NCBI GenBank assembly: GCA_024137785.1
Contig: JAHRHZ010000249.1
Location: 49,128,746-49,192,745 of the forward strand
DNA length: 64,000 nucleotides
Reading direction: 5' to 3'
From: Ginglymostoma cirratum
Taxonomy: Eukaryota
Within the stretch, counting starts at the first letter, position 1. The number at the start of each line of letters is the position of its first letter. The notes under the pieces are model-generated. The model worked only from the letters and a program-made list of their open reading frames with translations, made no database searches and was not told the DNA's origin. The translations under genes and the position numbers were made by a program. Shown here piece after piece: positions 63,646 to 64,000 of the stretch.

Positions 63646-64000
63646 AATTAGAAGAGGCAAAAAAGACTTGAAAAGCAAAAAATTTTGGAGAGCTATGAAA
63701 GAAGAGCAGCTGAGTGGGATTAATTGTAAATGGTCCTTTATGAGTTGACAGACCTCTTTCTCTGCAGTTTGACTTAGTATCAAGATTTTCAGTGAATTAA
63801 ATGAAGTTATAATTCAAGCGATATGGATCCCCTGGAGGATTATACTGGCTCATATGTTTGCCTGAAAAATATCCTGGCAATGAACAGCAGATAATGTTAG
63901 TGCCATGCCACATCCTGTACACGTTTGGCTGCAGCACTGGACCACGACCTAGGCCCCACTTAAGGAATAATGAAAAAAACTAATGAACCTCTGTGGTCTT

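Overview
Eukaryotic, AT-rich, repeat-dense vertebrate genomic DNA, almost certainly from a cartilaginous fish (shark): it carries HE1-type V-SINEs, many CR1 LINE fragments and shark-type Penelope-like elements. There is a 400-N assembly gap at 35590-35989. I cannot identify any intact host protein-coding gene. Nearly all listed ORFs are decayed transposon frames or their antisense. Contents: CR1 LINEs (including ORF1 SGNH-esterase relics), a second CR1/L2-group LINE with a partner tRNA-SINE sharing its tail, Rex1/Babar LINEs, RTE LINE relics, two decayed Gypsy (Mag-like) LTR retrotransposons (one split by nested insertions), a hAT transposase relic and a Penelope-like GIY-YIG element with an inverted pseudo-LTR. 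The most striking signal is about a dozen minimal hammerhead-ribozyme motifs (CTGANGA-stem II-GAAAC-GTH). Many lie in short fold-back mini-elements with their own target-site duplications, and one has captured an inverted copy of flanking host DNA. Unique stretches hold several minus-strand exon-like segments plus promoter/enhancer-like motif clusters (CRE/ETS/CCAAT, RFX X-box, Pbx-Hox-Meis), hinting at an unidentified minus-strand transcript; this is low confidence. Repeat boundaries were placed by eye and are approximate.
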